From assembly GCA_002633005.1 (NCBI GenBank), contig NMRA01000076.1:746748-810747 (forward strand): a stretch of DNA of 64,000 nt. The letters are read 5' to 3'. The notes under the pieces were generated by a model. The model had not been told where the DNA came from and did no database searches. It was given only the letters and a program-made list of their open reading frames with translations. Positions 51,008-64,000 of the stretch are shown here, piece by piece (within the stretch, counting starts at the first letter, position 1; every line of letters begins with the position of its first letter). The position numbers were made by a program, and so were the translations under genes. The stretch is from Phoronis australis (Eukaryota > Animalia > Phoronida).

Positions 51008-54000
51008 TTACGGAATATATTTGTACGAAACGAATATCAAACATAGCCTACTTCAGGCTAAGATCTAATATTAACGTAACACGTTTTAAAGTTCCGATAA
51101 AAAAAAACAATATAATTCACCGCTTTTAGGAAAGAGTGAATTGAAAATGTGTTGAGTTGTTCTAGCAAATCACTTTACAGCTGTATCCTCTCACAGGCAC
51201 ATAAAAAAGTGTATTGCTCGACAAATACACACAAAAAACATTGATATTCAAATTGCCATTTGTCAGTTGCTGTGCTCTGTAAGAAATCTAATACGATGTA
51301 ATATTGTTCTCGAATTTCGCATAAAATAAATTACTTTTTCAAAACCACGGGTGTGTCAAAAAGAGAACAAATTTTTGTTTGTTGACGAAAGGCAATTTTC
51401 AAATTAAAGACAGAGTGGTCATATTCTGCAAGCACGAGTATGTAATTTATGGGAAAGTCTTGCTATCGGTGAAGGGTTGTATAATCATACAAAAATTTCG
51501 TCTCAACACGACATTCCAATGCATGAAAAAATGCAGTGCTAACAAATGGCCGATTGTTAATTCCAGAGAAAAGGTTAAGAAATTTGGACAAATAAGTGCA
51601 CAAGGTAAGGTCATAAAATAAATAATCTTGTCAGAAAACAAAAAATATACAATTGCGTTTTGCGTCAAAAAAACTGGTATAGACCGCCTTACGATACATT
51701 TCGTCCAACCACCACGAGTTACGTGCACTTCAAATGTAGCTCAGAACGTTTCTCCGCTTTGATAACCACAGAGTGCTCTGAACGTGTGGCCATCTTAAAA
51801 TAACAAGACCCACTAGAGCATTTGATAACAAAGTGATAACGTGTTTATTAATTGTAGAACAGTTTACTACAAATCTCCAAGTCGGATAAAATGTTTCTAC
51901 ATGTGAAGTCGGTTGATGTCTCGCTCAGCGAAACCTGCCAAGTGGGGTAAAAAACGAAATGCACACATGACCGCGTACACAGACATCCGATGTGGTCGTT
52001 TAATTGTGCGACATAAAAAACTCACCTCTTAAAAATAATGCTCCAACCACCAATCTCAAAATCGTTAACTATTGTCTACATTTTTATAACAGAATTAGAA
52101 TTTCAAATAGCAAACTGGCAGTAATTGTTCTCTAATATAAATGTTATAGCTTCAGTTAAAGCTATATTTTGCACTTGGCAAATAATATTTTAAAAGTGTC
52201 TACTTTTCTGTTGGCATAAGATGAACATACATTAGCGGTAATCTCTAAAGAGATGAAACGAACACGAAACGAACATACGTAAAATTTTAATGACAGATCA
52301 TTATTGTAGATACACTCTTTAGAACGAAGTGAGCCAATTTATTGGTCATGAATGGTGCGATCTCATAACTAATTCATTAGAAATCTCACTTATTGTGATA
52401 AATAAATTCAAAGACACATGGTAAATGAGGGTACTGTTAGCTAAATTAATGCTTTTAATTTTGAACCGTTGTTAAGTGCTTGAAATGTGGGCGTAAATTG
52501 CAGTTTTACAGTTGAAATAAAAACGGTTTAATTTTGTCTTCCAGTTACAGTGGTCATTAACTATACGTATCATCAAGTTTCCAGGACAGAACAGGTGAAT
52601 ATGTCGACAAAAACAACAAAACTAGCGAAAAGATGTGGGAACCAAGTGTTACCTGTCACAATTAGTGTTTACCCTTCCCCATACCTGTGACCCGCATAAA
52701 TGCGCTACCGATGTCAAATCAAAACATTCAGTCAGGCTATTGTTTTTGTTTACTATATACATTGAAATGAAAACCCTGTTTCCACAACTAACAAAATAAG
52801 GGAATTGTAACATCTAACGAGAATACGGTAGTATCAAAAAATATTCTTTTTCGTAAATTGTGCGTGAAAAGATGACAACTGATAGCATCCTTTGGTGAAC
52901 GTCATGCGGGCTCGTTAGCGGATGCGGTGTGATTTAGAGGAATAGAATTTGTTTTTCAAGTGCTTATCATATTCTTTAGAAGAAATGACTAGTGGAGTTT
53001 AAATAGCAAAATTTACATGAGATAAATATATTTTTTCAACTTGGAGTACTCTTGATGGTAATTTTCTATTGATTATCAGAAATCAAATATTTAGGGAATT
53101 ACAGTTTCGTTTGCGTTTGTGATTTGTGTCGACTGGATTATTTAAAACTGTAAAATCTAGCACTTTGGTGGCAATATCAAATTCCAGTAGTTCTTCGAAT
53201 ACTTATCTCTGACAACGCAGAAGTTTATATTGATCAGCAAGTGCGAAGGTGATGATGGGCATTCAAAATAGAGTGCCACAACCCACATGGAATTTGTCAC
53301 GAAAATGCATCCAGTTGCTGATAGTGCAAAAATAAAAGGAGAAAGATTTTCTAGTCACGGGGCCGAAAAAGCTCTCGGAAATCCACAGCAATAGGATGAC
53401 CTACGTATATCCCACGCCGTCGTACATCTACACATGTTATTTACGAATTACGCCATAAAGATGTATTATATTGGAAAGTGGACGCGGAGAGCTATACAAA
53501 ATGCACATGGATCTTACCTAATTTAAGAAGTATCTTTTCAGGCTAGCGCAAATAAACTACGGAATACGGAGACGAGCACTGTGCTAACCGACACTGCTCT
53601 CGTGTGAAATTGGCAATTTGTTTTGAGTTGTTAATTTCAGTTGAGCTCAGCTGTCGGTTGTTTAGTGCCTATTCAGGGCTAAATGAGTATTGAATACACT
53701 CCAATAACTTAAAACAATACTTATCGATGTTGTTGAACGCGCGGCGCTTTATCAGGTTAACTTTTTATCACTTTGTAATGCGTTTTCGCGTTGTGAATAC
53801 ATAGTTTTATTGGACGAGGAGTGAACTCGTTATCGCTCAAACCCGGGGCTCGAATCGTCCGTAAACCTACTGGAGTCACTGGTTGCCAAGTTTGTAGCAT
53901 TCCTTCTAAACCAGGCATTTATCGTCGTAAACAATGATTCAGTTCTTGATTAACGGATTAAAGTTTATCCGTCACCTTACAAGCTAAAGATTTCACTACA

Positions 54001-54400
54001 TACTTTCTCCTTTACCAGTTATGACAGCTAGCAGCGAGCATAATTTGACGTAAATGTTTTTTCTTTTGCTTCCACAAGAGAGCTAAAATTAGCCAATAGC
54101 GTAGAATCAGGGATCAAACAGAACTGTACAATGTATAATACTATTAGCACAGTGGCTGAAATCATCCAAATACCATCCACATTTGTACACTGTACGTGTA
54201 TGTCGATGCTGTAGTGCGTGGCTATGTTTACATGGACAGAATAAACAGTAATTAGATTCTCAAAAAATCGGGTCTTCAAATAAAAATGACATTACTGCTA
54301 ACAGTTCGACTTCGAGGCAGGAAATTACAGACACGTTAGAGCAGATATTTCTGGGTTTTTTCAAAAGAGCTGTAGACCTGTTAAATCAGATTTGTCTTTT

Positions 54401-54484
54401 TTTTCAAAAATGAGATGTAGTTTATTCGTTTTCAAAAATGAGATGTAGTTTATTCGTTTTCAAAAATGAGATGTAGTTTATTCG
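54401..54484 (+). repeat. Perfect 28-bp x3 tandem repeat in Tbx2/3 intron 1
   Basis: ttttcaaaaatgagatgtagtttattcg at 54401, 54429 and 54457. Confidence 0.95.
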
Positions 54485-55323
54485 ATTCTATTTTATAGCT
54501 TCTAATTGGAAACATCATTTTAGATTTTACAATAGCTATAGTAATTAAACCTTCAAATATATACTGTAGTTTTTTATACTTAGTTTTTTTCAGAACAAAT
54601 ATATGCATGAACTGTCAGAGTACTGTCTTTTAGCTCTGTGTTACAAACTAGACTCTCGTCTACATATAATTACTTCATTGGCGCGAACTGAGCTGCAAAA
54701 TGGAACGAAATTGGCGGTTATCATAGCAGTGAGGCAAGATTATGGTGTTTAAATTGAAGCGCTTGTCTCCAAATCAAAATGATTTTGTCTGCTGTTAAAC
54801 AGGCCAGTACGTATGCGCACATCTGACTTATACTTAGCTTCCTGGAACACAGGTAGCAGTAGTGACTCATAACGAATCAGTCCAACGAACTACCGTGCCT
54901 GAATGCATATAATATGGATAGATCTATGACTGTTCACAATAAGACTGTATGTAAGCACCGGATCCACCTTTGACAAAACGTGATATCCAGCAAACGGTTC
55001 TCTTGAAATAAACGTTGCACGGAATATATTTCCTGTCTTGAAATCCCCTTTCCTATGGTGTTTCGAGGAAGTGAAAAAGTGTGAAGTCAGGTGGCAATTA
55101 CATAAAATTGACACTCGCTTTTGTAGTTGTGACAAATTTGTGTTAGAGTGCACGTACTGATACCAATACATTTCGAATCGAAACAAGCACATCGCACAAA
55201 ATTTAGATTATAACGGCGCAGTATAAATTATAATCTAAATATGACAAACCAATGATTACTAAGCGTAAGTGGCTGACCAGTTCAGCTGTACAAATAGGTA
55301 AAGTAAACTAGTCATAAACTCAC

Positions 55324-55688
55324 CTTCCAGACTTAGTAATGACCATTTCGGTACCGATCGTGTGAAACTGTTCCCACAGATCTTTGTTATCTAACTCGAT
55401 TTTTGGGTCGTCGTTGACGTCGTTTTCCGGCGGTTCTAAAGTCCGCATGGGTCGGTGATGCATAGCCAACATATCAGCCGGCGTCAAGGGGCTGCGAGCC
55501 AAACTTTGTTGCAATTTCGGAATAATTGACGGTGAGAATCCATGAGCAGGACCGAGACTTGTGCCGGGGATGTAGTGAGGTTGTGACAGCAACGAACTGA
55601 CACTGTAGTCTGTGGGCGTACCTCGCGGATACAGGAACGGATTGAAAGCCATTGCTGAACCGGGTGCCTTTTGTTGGTCGAAGATCAT
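55324..55688 (-). CDS. Tbx2/3: Tbx2/3 exon 1 coding part
   Basis: MIFDQQKAPGSAMAFNPFLYP...DYSVSSLL...DDPKIELDNKDLWEQFHTIGTEMVITKSG-ag|gtgagt; alternative start at 55652 (MAFNPF). Confidence 0.94.
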
Positions 55689-56339
55689 CGGGACTGGAGA
55701 AATATGCTTGTAATCTCGCTGAAAACTCGACTCGCTCTGTTTTCTTTTCGCTGAACAGCGCTAATGACCGATTGTTGGCAATTGGGTCTCTGACCTTTCT
55801 GACCAATCAGAGCTCGCGAAACGGTGTTGTTCTCAAGTCGACTTGATCTCAACTCACGCAGAGAGTCGCTCTCATGTCGTCGATACTGGTATAACTCTGA
55901 ATCTATTGTTTGAGAGACGGATTATGTCAACAAAATTAAGTCCACCTTCAATGATACTGTCGCCGCGTGTTCAAGCCTACCACACGTTTCACTGACAACA
56001 CAGAGTCTTCGTAGTTCTTTTCCGAGCTCACGTTTTTATCTCGTTTTATGCGCACACTAAAACAATGTTTACACCTAAACATCAGAATTATCCAGTTGTT
56101 TAGATGGTGTAAAACATAACCCCGCCCCTTTCTTCGCGAAGGTGTCAAAATGTTTACAGCGTTTACAAGGATGCGGTGAGATCAGAGTGTGTGAATGACA
56201 CTAGGCGCACCAGGCCCGCTGAGTTGGGCTCGATTGAGCCCACCAGACCGAATAAAGCACAAGACCACCACAAGTCGGCGCCGAGCTTCCAACAACAACC
56301 GGATAAGCCACATTCAACAATGCTTTTTACGACAACTTC

Positions 56340-56500
56340 TTCGGCTATTTCCACTGAGTCCTCCCCGTTGTTAATTTTCATAATTACTCGCCATTTCCAA
56401 CACATTAGTCCTGTGATATTCTAATGTGGATTAGGGGGCGGTATTGTTGAAATCTCTGTCCTTTGATTGGCGCTGACCTACGCGTCACGTGGTTAGCTAT
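56340..56500 (-). promoter_or_regulatory. Candidate Tbx2/3 proximal promoter
   Basis: GC box (~56434-56441), CCAAT box on minus (tgattgg ~56464-56470), CACGTG (~56486), Inr-like TCAGT on minus near 56355; TSS not demonstrable from sequence. Confidence 0.35.
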
Positions 56501-58259
56501 TCTTTCCAACAAATTTGACGAACATGAGTAAGTGATGTCGGCGCCAGTCGCATGACGCTGTACAATAAAACTCAGTCTGCTATCAAACATATTTGAAAGG
56601 AATATGCCTTACTGATGGCAAAGTGCGCTGCTCGCCATATCAAACGACGATTTACGTGAGTCAGTGAACACGACTAATAGAGATTATTCGCGCCCAGCAT
56701 GGCGAGCGACACTCCGGAGTCACAGCTATTGAAAAGCCAAGATATACTTCACTTTAAAATGCTATTTCAAGTCGGGAAATCTTGAAGAAATGCAAATCGC
56801 ATTCACGTTTAAATGCCTGTGGTCACGCTACCAACTTTCCTTTGAAACTTTTACTCTCATTCCTTCAGCATGTGTATTATAAATTTTAATCAGACATTAA
56901 CCTTAACAAGAGTAGTTTTACAGCATCGACAGTTTAGTAAGAATAAATTCCCTTTGAATCCATTGAGCTACGCTACATCAACTTCTATTAATCGAAAATT
57001 TTAATAAAACAACAGAGACAGTCCTGTACAGCGGGAAAACAGATATTTAAGTTCAGAAATTAATTTTCATTTAATTACAACAAAAACACCGCTTCTGTCA
57101 ATAAAAATGTGCAACTCGAGATAGTCGACAAAAGAAAAGACACACCAACGGAGTCAACTGTTACCTGCCCGGGGTTATTTGCGACATTGCTCAAACAAAC
57201 TAATGCCGTATCATAAGCGTCAGTTTGACGGTTATATCAGTTCTTTTGCCTGATAGACTTTGTTACTAGTCTTTGTAAACTTTTTAAATCGATATCCAAA
57301 ACCCCGTACAGCATGTTTGTATGTATACACAGGGTATTTGCCAAAAGTGTCTACGTCTCACTTCTAGACTTTCAATGTTTATGCTGTGGTTTTCGCAATC
57401 ATAATATTTAAATATACGGCGGCGAAAAAACTCACGACGTTTGCTGTAGCAAAGAAGTACAATCAACAATGAAGAAAGTGTTAAGTTTGAAGCAAATAAA
57501 ACTCACTTCGTCGCGTCGGTTCAATAGTGTACAAATATGTGCAAAATAACCGTATTGTTTGTAAGTTATAATTAAATTGGTGTTTGGTAAATGGTTTCAG
57601 GCATCAATAGTTGGAACGAGTAGATTAAACACGCGCGGAATGCACGCGTCGGGTACTTGGAGAAGAGGAATCGTTTTTTTTAGGAATTTTGAAATAATTA
57701 GCTCATTGTGCGCTTGTTGTTTGCTAGAGTAAAATAACAAATTTAATCAGTTGTTGGTTTGTGTTGATTTGCAATTACAACTATAAACAAAACTGCACTC
57801 GTGTTTCAAATGATGAGGTTCCGAGTTTTGCGTGAGTTCATTGATATAAAAAGCATTTTTAGGAATTTATGGGACATCTCATGGTCTTCAACATCATATT
57901 TGTAGTTATTATATAAGAATAATTTCGATTGAATTATAAGTTAAATGTCTTGTTAATTGGAATTAAATTGTGTGTATTGTGAATGAATGCAAACGCTGCT
58001 GGATGTAGGTTAAATGTGGGATGCAACGAAAGTGAACAAGACTCTGGAACTGGCATTGTATCATAAACTGCAATTGAAATTTGATGCCTTGTTGTGAATT
58101 ACTTGTGGTTTTCTGCCTTTACGTAATATAGCTGAAAGTTTTATAAGCTTGCATTATTCTGGTAGATGGTGAATTATAAGCCAGTCGTGTACCCCGACTA
58201 CCGACGCAGTCTATCGACATCTTGTTTGATTACAATATGACCCGAAATATTGAGGTGCC

Positions 58260-58590
58260 AAATCCGAGATAAGCCCCTTTAGAAGTGGCTCAGAGTTTGT
58301 GTATTCCGTCCCAAAATGGATAGCGAGGTGCCCGTCTGTCGGTCCGAAGTGTGTATTTGATAAAAACTCTATTAAGTGCAATTAAGCGTTTGATTGACAG
58401 GCTGGCGGCAGAGCCACGCCCCTTGACAGTGAATGTATTCTTGATAAACGTCGGGCTGTTGACATTGTCAAGTGGCTCAGTAATTAATAATGCCTTGATA
58501 AAATAGGCGAGGTGTGAAGAGGTTTTGTGAAGGCACGACCCCCAAACAGTGTCTGTCTATTGACAAGGCTGTCCGGTGGCGCCGCGATAG
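58260..58590. promoter_or_regulatory. Candidate upstream enhancer of Tbx2/3
   Basis: Four WGATAA, TGATTGACAG, TGACATTGTCA, TTAAGTG and TCAAGTG, AGGTGTGAA and GGCGCC within ~330 bp. Confidence 0.5.
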
Positions 58591-59638
58591 GGTTACCAGA
58601 TTAGGCCGTGTTAAATATATGGTGAGTTCGCGCATAAAACTTAGGCTTTTATCCGCGTCTTAATCAATAATGTAATCACGTATGGCCGTCGAGTGAGCAA
58701 CGATCTACGATGCATAAACGTCTCTCAACTTGAAAAACGAGCGAGCGCGCCACCAATATAAACGTTGGCGGAAAATATGCTATATACACAAAATACGTTT
58801 GTCGTCTAATTGTGGTTTGTCGTGTTTGTGTATTCGGATGTCTTATTTTGTAAAAAAATGCTAAATTCGAGAAGCGCAAATGATTAATATCAAAGCATTA
58901 CTGTAGTAATCATTTTCATTTCTTTTTTGGGAAAAAACACTCCTTTGAGATTTTACCCTTTTTACTTATAACTTCAAAGCAAAATTTCTTCATTGCGAAT
59001 GTAATTCCCCTATGACGCAATGAGTTTCAGTTAAAATAGTTTCCATGACACCATTTTCCCCAAAATATACGACATCGAATGTAGAATTCTATGTTCAACT
59101 TTTTATCTTTGGCCGTGAGTCATCAAAATGGCTGGCAACTTGAACGGCACTGTTCATTTTTTTGTAAAAATGGAACACATACAAAAAGCTTTATGGTATA
59201 AAATACTCTAATTTTATTGATATCTTTCGATTGCTAAAGTTTATTTTTTGTTCTAAAATGGTGAAAACAAATAATTAGATACGTATCTTTTAGTGCCTTG
59301 CTATTGTTGGCATTTGAGGACTTATTAATCTCCCAATGGGACCTTGCAAGTTTTGACCTGTTCACAATTTCCTCTTAGTCCATTGATAGTTTTCATTGAC
59401 TTCGCATCCTTCGTCAATTTTTACCAACATTTTGCTACAACATTTAGCAATCTTTGCAACCCGCGATTTCCATATCATTTGAAGTCATCTTAACAGAGGA
59501 TCCATCTTTTCCAGACTTAACGTTCATAGTAACGTAACATTCTGAAGTGGTAATGAAGTGAATTCGCTTTGAAAAATGCGTTTCGTTTCAAACTCTTATT
59601 AACCAATTCCCACACTCTGTCATATTTTTCTCTTACAT

Positions 59639-59804
59639 CTGGTCCCAAGATCTAATTTCCGAACTCGGACTCGGCTCAGACTCGAACTAGGAACTTGACC
59701 TATCAGGGGAGATTATAGAGTACAACTTCATAGGTTCGCTCGTAGCGTACCATGCAATCGGCCAAGTTTGGAGTCGAGTTTAAAGTACAAAGATGAGACC
59801 CCAG
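59639..59804. repeat. Degenerate short inverted-repeat (MITE-like) element
   Basis: ctggtcccaagatct...aactcggactc at the left versus gagtcgagtt...agatgagaccccag at the right; imperfect. Confidence 0.3.
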
Positions 59805-62800
59805 CCCTTGGGTTAACACGCACACACAGGTGTTTTCGATGTTTCTTGTGTAAAACTGTTGGAATGTGTTCATTTGACCGTATTTAATCTAGATTAAATA
59901 TTTTCCTCGTAAAAATCACAGATATACAACATAGCGTACCCACACTTAGAAATAATTCGAATCAAGCAACTGCTTTCAAACAAAATCATTACTTCTCGAT
60001 TCTTTTACGCACACTCATTCGAAGCGAAATACTCATTTACGTATTTGCCTGTTCACGTTTTCGCCGTTTTAGTTTTGTAATGCTAAATCATTTTATCCGT
60101 GTATCAATTGTATGTTTCGAACAAACAAATTCTTTTACTTGCTTATGGAAAGTTTCTTGTTGTGTACTAATTAGACCCTAGTGACACAAAGAGTTCACGC
60201 AAACTGAATATTGTTTTTAATAATTCTGTTGACACTGAGGGACGACTTAGATATGAGGCTGTAGGAAGGTAATGAATCAGAAATAATTGGCGACACCTAG
60301 TCGTTTCAACAAGAAACTTCTAGAATTGCTTTTCTTGTGGATACGAAATAAAACAAACTCTAAGTGAATTAGCGTCGCAATATATAAATAATCATGTTTT
60401 ATGTAGTTGCTGTAAAACCATAAAACAATTACATGTCTAGCCCGGAATACTTCGCAGCTTTATTGGTTAAAAATGAGTCAGTTTTGCGACCATTAAATCG
60501 AAAATAACACTAATGAAACAAAAAATCTAATAAACACCATCGCCCTGACCGTCTACAGCGTCAATACACTAAAGTTTTTTATATTAAACTCTAGTCACTC
60601 TCACCGCCCGACGCACACGAGAATTGCCTGGAAGCGCTGGCAACAAAACCATCCAGCTATAAATTCTAGACTGTCTTTCTTTGGCTAATTTTATCGTCCT
60701 CTGAATGGCGGCAGCATTAATTTCGTAGAGATATTAAAAAAGTCGTCGCCAAATTAGTGTCGACAGGAAATTTTGACATTTAACAGCTCACGCGACGTGG
60801 CCGTATTGGCGAAGTCGTGATTTGCGCGTTAATGAAATTATGTCGACCCTTGAGAGGTACACAGATTTATTTACATCTTAGGATATTTTCACGAGACAAC
60901 GAACAGCCACGTATTCCGACATTCAGGACAATAAAATCTGTGGCCACTAAACAGAGAAATGACGTATATTTAATTTACTATTCCATCGGGCGCAACAAAC
61001 TGCGATCAAATGACAACGAAATGCATTTTTTGTATCCACATAAGCAAATATTAACATTAACTCATTGTTTCTTATTTTACAAGCGCTGGTGTTTACCGCA
61101 CCCCTGAGCGTTGTTAGGCTTTCACGAAAACCATTCACTGGATTGCTTTTTTTTCCTTACCATAACCCCATAAATTGCATATAGGAAAATAAAACATGAC
61201 TTGTCTTCATTTTTAGGAGACCTTCATTTGTAAATGTTTGTGTGCTCTTTTGATTCAGACTTATGAAACAATCTGTTTTTGAAATACAAGGGAAAAGAAC
61301 ATAAAAACAAGCGCGTGCGTTTGGTTCCTGGGGAGTTCCAATTTGCACCTCACGCGGCCTTCAATTATCACTCCGCCAGCACAACACGTCTGACGTAGGC
61401 GCGAGGAGTGGTGAACTATGCTCAAGTTGTAATCGGTTTTGATGAGTTAATTTGTTAAACAAACACCCTGTAAATATGGACTATTTACAAGTTTATTGTT
61501 TTAAATTAGTTAAATAAATTGGCACGTAAAATCGTAAGCGAAAAAACAACCAGACGACACAAACTTAATTTGATTTTTTACTATGCCGAGTATTTCGTTT
61601 AGTACCGGACTATGCTCTACCTTGATGCGCTGTGTAAAGAAACAAGCGTAAGCGATTAAGACGTTTTTGATGTAAAACTGAACAAAATCGTTGGACAAAA
61701 ATTCAAACGAATCCGAGCACACCTAATTGGGGATGAAAAGAGGAAAAACACATTTTCTGGAAAAGTCAACGTTTTCTTATACCTGGACCGAGTAATTGCA
61801 AGTTATAAACAGTACGCTTGTGAGGTTTGTTCCCCCTCATTGCTTGTCTTCTGAATGCACTGCGGGGGAACCTTTAAAATTCGGAAACACACTTCTTTCA
61901 TCTATGTTAATATAATCCTTTTTGGGGCAAGTAAAATATGATTTTTATTTTCTGTAAAAAATATAATGCAAAATAATATTGCAGTCATTGACATGAATGC
62001 GTGAACTAGGTTCGTCCAACGCAAACGCTGCCAGCGTATCGGAAGAGGAATTCCACCGGGTTCACTGTTTTAGAACGCGTAAACTTATTTGAATTTCAAC
62101 ACTCGGGACCATTAATCAATGAATGCAGGGGTCAAATCAAATGATGTCATGCAGGTCGAACACCGAATTCAAGGGGACCCGGCAGGAGTAGCGCTGTGTC
62201 CTTTTACAAAGGACCATGTCTTGTCTCCGACCATGCCCTATTGAAGCGTCACTCACCGAAATTTAAGACTTACTACTAGCACGTGTTTTTCTAAAGTTCG
62301 AAGTAGACTATACTCCTTTGTATGTAACTTCAGCGTACTAGCTGAGAACGACGAAATTGCACAACAGAAATTTATCACAAAAATGTCACTAATTAATATC
62401 ATACTACGTTTAGCTCCTACTGCATGGTTTTGAAACTTTATTTGGTGTTGTTATCGCACAAGTTGGTGAGTTGAGTGCTCAAGTACGAGCCATACTTTGG
62501 CTACCTTTTTTTAATAACTTGCATTTTCGTATCGCCAAAGTTAAAATGGTATGCCACCCAAGCAACTGCAAAAAAAGACGAGTGCTCAAAACTCCTTAAC
62601 TGTCTGGTCGGAACGCCGGTGCACTCTTCTCCAGTGGTGAACGGTGTCTTCTTTTATATTTCAGTGTTCTGTTTCGCGTGCATAAGCTGCCAACTAGTAT
62701 TACCTGCGGGGAGAACGCGTGTACTTATGAGAAGCGGCAAATATCATTTACACAAAGAATTGTGATAGCGGTCATCCCAAGCAGAACCGCCAGCGGACGT

Positions 62801-64000
62801 AATTTTTTTGAGATCCGTAGAGAACGCTCCATTAGTGTTTCAATCACGCAGAAATTCCAATAATCATAGTTTTGAATAAACAGGTAGCATCTACCCAGAT
62901 CAATTGCCTTCTTAGCCAAGCAGACAGACGATCGCCTGGGTGACCGTTTCGGATTGGTACCTCACAAATCTATACTCTAGCGATTTGCACTTGTCGATTT
63001 TCTCTATTTGGAAAAGGGTCAGTTGGAAATTTCGAAGCATAGAATTGTGAGATATGATTCAGTTATTCCACCGAACTTAAGAGGAGATTCAACTCGAAGA
63101 GTGACAAATCACGCGCCACGTTTCGAGGAAATTTTCCAATTTCCGAGATGCGACTACACATTTTGTACAATCCTCTGTAAATAGGACGTCCCACTGGCGA
63201 GTATGTCCACCGAGTCCAGACCTCAGAGGCGATATTTTGGCTTCTCAAAACTGTTTTATCTTGGTTTTGTTTTAGTTGTGAGTAAACGAAAGCGCGTGCA
63301 ACGTTAATTTTATGTGGAAATGTTCAGTTTCGTTAATCTGAAGCCATCAACCGTTAAAACAGTTTTCTACACACTTTTTCTTTGAAATTGATTAAAGCTC
63401 AGTGCATGTCTATACATCCTTTACTATTGATATCTTGCTCGGATAACCAGACCAAAACATAAAGAAGTAAGTGTTTACGAGGCGGCATTCCCAAAACACA
63501 TTTCACAAAAGACCGCAAAATGCTCATCGATAAAACTGTCACCGTTCCAGGGTCACTCGGTACTAATTAAGCAAACCTTAAGCGTAATTAATTTTAGCAG
63601 TTATCAATAACGTTGCTTCCACCGAATTGACGAGAGAAAATCAGATAAATATACTATCCTCGACATTGATTGAGTGTGTTCATAGGACGTACTACTATTG
63701 GACGAATTTGACCCCTCCAAAGAAGGTAAAAAGTACATGTACCCAATGGCGCGATCATCTCACAGCGCGAGCACTTATCTGAAGCGACTTCATTTGTAAA
63801 TTGCAGATCTATATGGTGAATATTATTCCGCACAAGACTCGGTCAACATTCGTACACCAGCAGCTGCTGTCGCTGGGTCAGACTAGCGAAAGCCTATTGG
63901 TTGGCCTCAGGGGTGCAAACTTCATGCTCGGCCACTAGTTTATTGCCACAGTGCCCCTATGTCCGTTTATTATCAGACGATCTCCGGACGTAATCCTGAA

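Noticed and set aside
54401-54484. 28-bp repeats resembling a CRISPR repeat in length
   Set aside because: Head-to-tail with no spacers, no cas genes, inside a eukaryotic intron.

Overview
Eukaryotic (animal, most likely invertebrate bilaterian) genomic DNA, AT-rich, with GT-AG introns; most ORF-track entries are noise. Two complete spliced genes can be assembled by hand with consistent splice phases. (1) A DBH-like copper type II monooxygenase (MOXD1-like) on +, 11 coding exons, 9915-30221, ~621 aa: signal peptide, DOMON, both Cu domains with all six Cu ligands, hydrophobic GPI-signal-like C-terminus. (2) A Tbx2/3 (omb-like) T-box gene on -, 6 coding exons, 55688-42264, ~626 aa, convergent with the first. 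The window starts inside the 3' end of a second, closely related MOXD1-like copy (last exon 757-942): 1-~4720 duplicates ~29300-34466. The MOXD1 region is rich in mobile DNA: decayed RTE and CR1/L2 LINEs, Kolobok-like TIR elements, a tiny MITE at the duplication boundary, and a 5.66 kb CATAG...CTATG element with a 7-bp target-site duplication (P-superfamily-like). The most striking observation is a 20-bp fused-ends remnant of that same element, with its own TSD and in opposite orientation, 53 bp away, resembling an excision footprint plus local hop. The Tbx2/3 region has few recognisable transposons and has candidate cis-regulatory clusters. I cannot support a wholly new multi-gene system, and saw no RNA genes or CRISPR arrays.
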